Source: Octopus bimaculoides
Taxonomy: Eukaryota
NCBI RefSeq assembly: GCF_001194135.2
Contig: NC_068992.1
Span: 19,330,422 to 19,386,525, forward strand
DNA: 56,104 bases
Direction of reading: 5' to 3'
Below the pieces are notes generated by a model, which did not search any database, was not told the origin of the DNA, and saw only the letters and a program-made list of their open reading frames with translations. The position numbers and the translations under genes are program-made. Shown in pieces: positions 51,126-56,104 of the stretch (the first letter of the stretch is position 1; the number at the start of each line of letters is the position of its first letter).

Positions 51126-52741
51126 AATTCCAGATGGATTAGGCTTTATCAAAGAAAATTTAACAATCAGCAACATCCCTGAGGAAGATAGAAATCTATG
51201 AATCAGTTCTCTGCTGAACGATCTTTGACACCCGTAAGGGTCAAAAATTAGTCTCAGCAGGTTTCAGTTGTTTAACTTTAGACCTTAACTGTTTCGATCT
51301 TCATGCACTATTTATTTCGGGCTGGTGTTTTTTTTTTCAAATCTCACTGAGGTCAACATCAACACTCATCCTTCTCACGTCGATGAATAAGTACCACTTC
51401 ATAACTTTTGATCGGTGGTATCGTTGAGCGGTGGTATCATTATATCATTGCATAGACTTTGTATGGCTCTTTGAGTTATGAGTTTAAATCCCACAGTGGC
51501 CTGCTTCTATAGCATACTTAGCCTTACAGTGTTTAGTTCTTACGTGCTTTTAACAGAGTTCTATATATTGGCATCGTTCGGATCCTTCTCTGACCAACCG
51601 ATTAAGAAAACCTATTCGTTAAAGTACATAGCTTCAATGCAACAAGATCATTTTGCTGTTTAACTAAAATCGCTAAGCATTGTTACTAAATTAAGCAGCA
51701 ATCGCAAATTAAATATTCTAGCAGAGAGCCCTAATATGTTTTAAATTTGTGTCTGAGATCGAAACTGTGACTGCATCAATTCTAAACGTGTGCTTTGTGC
51801 TATAATTTTGTTTCATAACATAAGGCGAAATTAGGATCTGTAAACAATTATGTTTCTTACCTATTGCAGAATCCCGATGTGATTTAACAGGGATAGTTAT
51901 CATTAAGCTGTGTAAATATTTTAGTATTAATCTGATTCGTTCAACCGATCATATTTATGAGAAATGTTCCGATTAAGCTGAAATATTGTATAATGAATTC
52001 AACGCATCGAAATAGAAAATCTCAATGACATGTCTCTTAATTATCATTCGATGAAAAAAATGAATTAATCCTGCTCATATACCGTGGTTATTCAATTCAT
52101 TATTGTATTGTTTTTAATTAGAAATGTATTGGATCGACTTTGAACACACAGTCGATCATAAATGTTGAATGCTCACCGGTGGGTATACTGGTCAGGTGAA
52201 CTACCGAATTCATGTTTCTGCATGCAACCGTTGACACCACTGATAATATTAATGGAGATTTAGATATAACAGTCAACAAACAAAGCACTGTTGAATTAAA
52301 ATAAGTTACACATCCCTACTTTCCAAGCGTATGTTATTGTCGCATTCTCACTAAGCAACTTAGTTTCAACCCTTGCATAAAAGTTAGATATGGAAGTGAC
52401 ATGAGGCATAATTATTCTTAACACACATGATTCATTGGTACAGGTCAATGTTTTGATCCTCGTTGTTCACTATGTATGTAGCGATTTATTATCAGTTAGC
52501 ATGGATCAGCAAACGATTTTGTTTAATGAAGTTTTAAACAAATCTGTCGGTTCTTGTTCGATTCAGTACTCTGCGAGTGCGTTTGGTAGACAGTATACAC
52601 CATATCGAAACATCGGCTGTCCCAGAATCACTTGTTAATGAATTAAATGTCTTATGAACTGAATTCATATTCGTCGTAAAGAAGCTGTTCTTTGACAAGC
52701 ACAACAACGATTAGCACATTTAGCACATTTATGGTCGAATA

Positions 52742-52808
<67 letters not shown>

Positions 52809-53734
52809 TAGAGAGCTGCAAACCATACTTTCTCGGACTATGATATATGGATTGAGCAACATATAAGTAAACATACACAAGCATATATATATGCGTGGGG
52901 TGCGCATTAACACGCACACTCTCTATTCCTCTCACGCACACACGCCCTCACACACACATGTATATATACTATCATACATAATATTTACATATATAATGTC
53001 CATTTCAATGTGTTCCTTTTCGCATAAACTGCATTTCTCTGTGCACATATTAATCTTTTTATATTTTTACTGCTTGTGCGTTAGTACCCCATTGTATTTG
53101 AGCGAGTATGTATTTGCATACTGGCTTACGTCTCTGTACGAGTAATATGGTTGCTTACAGCGCATCGCTAGACAATTTTCGCCGATAAACGATAAAACGT
53201 AACATCTACATCTACAAATTCTCTATTCGTTCGTCTAATGTGCAAATGTCCGAACGTCCGGCCATTTTAGAATCCATTTTTCACAGCTACGCATATACAC
53301 ACATTCACAACTCATATACGCGTATATTGAAAATATTCATACAGACATACGCACACACACACACACACATACGCGCGTACAGGTATGCTATGGATATACT
53401 CACACTTATTCTTCGTGTGTATTTGTGTATACGCTTAGGCAATTAAAATCAAAATCGTAGACATAAATACACACATAAGCGAATAAGAATGAAGTCTTTT
53501 TCCATAGCTCTTAAGAATCTATGAATCTATGATACGTTGCTACTGTAAGGATGTATTAATATACACAACGGATAAATGATAAGTACTTTAGCAGCTATTG
53601 TTCACAATGGTTTGCATTTATCATTCTCCTATCTTTTGAAAATAATGGGTTTCTTTAAATATTGTACATGAAGATGTTCAGCTACTAAATATGTAAGTAA
53701 ATAAATAAATAAATGATTCGTTTTTCACATTCAG

Positions 53735-53845
53735 GAAATTCATTATACCTTCTTTCGTGCAAAATCGAAATGAAATATTGCACTGCACTTTTGGCCTATC
53801 ACCTTCATTTTTTTCACTATCCAAAGATAGACGAGCCAGATATAA
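53735..53845 (+). CDS. candidate 111-nt symmetric exon
   Basis: tttttcacattcag| acceptor and |gtatgt donor; two frames open ([37 protein letters not shown]; [36 protein letters not shown]). Confidence 0.3.
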
Positions 53846-53886
53846 GTATGTTTGTGTATGAGTGTGTATTTGTGTATGTATATAGG

Positions 53887-53964
<78 letters not shown>

Positions 53965-54278
53965 GGTGTGTGTGGGTGTGTGTGGGTGTGTATGTATGTA
54001 TGTGTGTGTGTGTGTGTTTAGGAGTAGGTATAGGAAATGTCTGTGTGGTCAACTGGACAACAAGAAATAGCAGCCTAATTGAAACATAAGCAAACTGAAG
54101 GAGTGTTGGTGACAGGTCAATGATCAAGAGCGTTCTACCCGTGATCAATCAGTCTATATTAAACTGGTATTTTTTACTTGTTTCAGGCATTGACCTGCGG
54201 CTATGTTGGGACACTGACTTGAAATGTCTTAGTCAAACTGATTGCCCCCGTACATATTATCAAGTCTAATAAATATTC

Positions 54279-54366
54279 CAGTTCTATATTTAAGAGATGA
54301 GGAATTATTTACATTATTTACATTATTTACATTTGATGGATATTTGTCCTCATCTTGTTTGTTGTT
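54279..54366 (-). mobile_element. family C repeat 3' tail, truncated by assembly gap
   Basis: CAGTTCTATATTTAAGAGATGAGGAATTA..TTACATT..TGGATATTTGTCCTCATCTTGTTTGTTGTT, near identical to 36892-36970; the gap begins just before the hammerhead-like motif. Confidence 0.8.
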
Positions 54367-55641
54367 NNNNNNNNNNNNNNNNNNNNNNNNNNNNNNNNNN
54401 NNNNNNNNNNNNNNNNNNNNNNNNNNNNNNNNNNNNNNNNNNNNNNNNNNNNNNNNNNNNNNNNNNNNNNNNNNNNNNNNNNNNNNNNNNNNNNNNNNNN
54501 NNNNNNNNNNNNNNNNNNNNNNNNNNNNNNNNNNNNNNNNNNNNNNNNNNNNNNNNNNNNNNNNNNNNNNNNNNNNNNNNNNNNNNNNNNNNNNNNNNNN
54601 NNNNNNNNNNNNNNNNNNNNNNNNNNNNNNNNNNNNNNNNNNNNNNNNNNNNNNNNNNNNNNNNNNNNNNNNNNNNNNNNNNNNNNNNNNNNNNNNNNNN
54701 NNNNNNNNNNNNNNNNNNNNNNNNNNNNNNNNNNNNNNNNNNNNNNNNNNNNNNNNNNNNNNNNNNNNNNNNNNNNNNNNNNNNNNNNNNNNNNNNNNNN
54801 NNNNNNNNNNNNNNNNNNNNNNNNNNNNNNNNNNNNNNNNNNNNNNNNNNNNNNNNNNNNNNNNNNNNNNNNNNNNNNNNNNNNNNNNNNNNNNNNNNNN
54901 NNNNNNNNNNNNNNNNNNNNNNNNNNNNNNNNNNNNNNNNNNNNNNNNNNNNNNNNNNNNNNNNNNNNNNNNNNNNNNNNNNNNNNNNNNNNNNNNNNNN
55001 NNNNNNNNNNNNNNNNNNNNNNNNNNNNNNNNNNNNNNNNNNNNNNNNNNNNNNNNNNNNNNNNNNNNNNNNNNNNNNNNNNNNNNNNATATATATATAT
55101 ATATATATATATATACTGAGAGAGAGGGGGAGGGACAGGCATATGAAGAGTGGGAGTGACATACAGGAGAAAGAGAGACAGGGAGAGAGTGAGAGAGAAA
55201 GAAAATGACACGAGATATGTGAGACAGAAAGAGATGGATATAACAAGAGCAAAATTTTGAGAGAATGAGAACAAAATGATGAGAGAAAGATAGAGGAAGA
55301 ATGATTCGAAGGTGGGGGATCAATTTGTTTTTGAAATTATTATTTTATCTACTTGAACTGTATATAATACCATTCAGCAAGAGAAGAAAATTTCAAGAAC
55401 ATGATTCAATCTATTCCAAATATGGTATCTGAAGTGTAACACTTTCGTATTGAGAAGTAGTAAACAACAACAGGTATATAAATAATATTACGATGAAATA
55501 AAGATAAAAAGTAATGATACACAGAAAGGAAAACAGGGAATGATAGGTGAGAATGTCGGCCTTTGATCAATGCGGCAATTCATATTTAAGAACAAAGAAG
55601 ACATAAAAGACAACACACACACGTATGTACAAATATGTACA

Positions 55642-55683
<42 letters not shown>

Positions 55684-55784
55684 CGCATTTCATCTTTCCT
55701 TGGTGTAACACTTCTACTTGTATATGTATGTATATCTATCCACATAAGCGCAGACACACATACACACACACACTCATATATACT

Positions 55785-55846
<62 letters not shown>

Positions 55847-56064
55847 GTGTGTGTATGTGTGCACTCTATACATGTATATATGTGTGTGTGTATTATATAT
55901 ATGCATATATATATGTGTGTGTGTATTATTATATATGTATAAATATATATGTATGTGTGTATTGTATATATGTATATATATATGCGTGTTTCTTGTATTA
56001 TATATATATATATATGTATAACTTCTCTCTCTCTCGCTCTCGCTCTGTCTCTCTGTCTCTCTCT

Positions 56065-56104
<40 letters not shown>

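Overview
AT-rich, microsatellite-saturated animal genomic DNA from a draft assembly, with 16 N-gaps totalling about 5.2 kb, most abutting (TA)n or other simple repeats. The repeat families and simple-repeat density point to a coleoid cephalopod, most likely Octopus; this is my recognition, not a database result. No complete or nameable protein gene can be read, and most ORF-track entries are artefacts of N-gaps or microsatellites. Well supported features: about 15 copies of two tRNA-derived SINE families; two decayed mariner transposase relics (32.6-33.2 kb, 41.9-42.1 kb); a mariner-type MITE (36.7-37.4 kb, plus a fragment at 49.5 kb); a Penelope-like RT relic (24.9-25.3 kb); a CR1/Jockey-type LINE RT relic (47.4-48.3 kb); an intron-containing tRNA-Leu(CAA) probable pseudogene (20.0-20.1 kb); and a 27-bp minisatellite. 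Most interesting is a third short repeat family, with four partial copies here. It joins a tRNA-like Pol III head to a minimal type I hammerhead-ribozyme-like motif, and two copies form a tail-out inverted pair with a 13-bp target duplication inside the MITE. It is a candidate Penelope-mobilised, ribozyme-bearing SINE/retrozyme. Several splice-bounded open frames on both strands may be exons of unidentified genes and are reported at low confidence.
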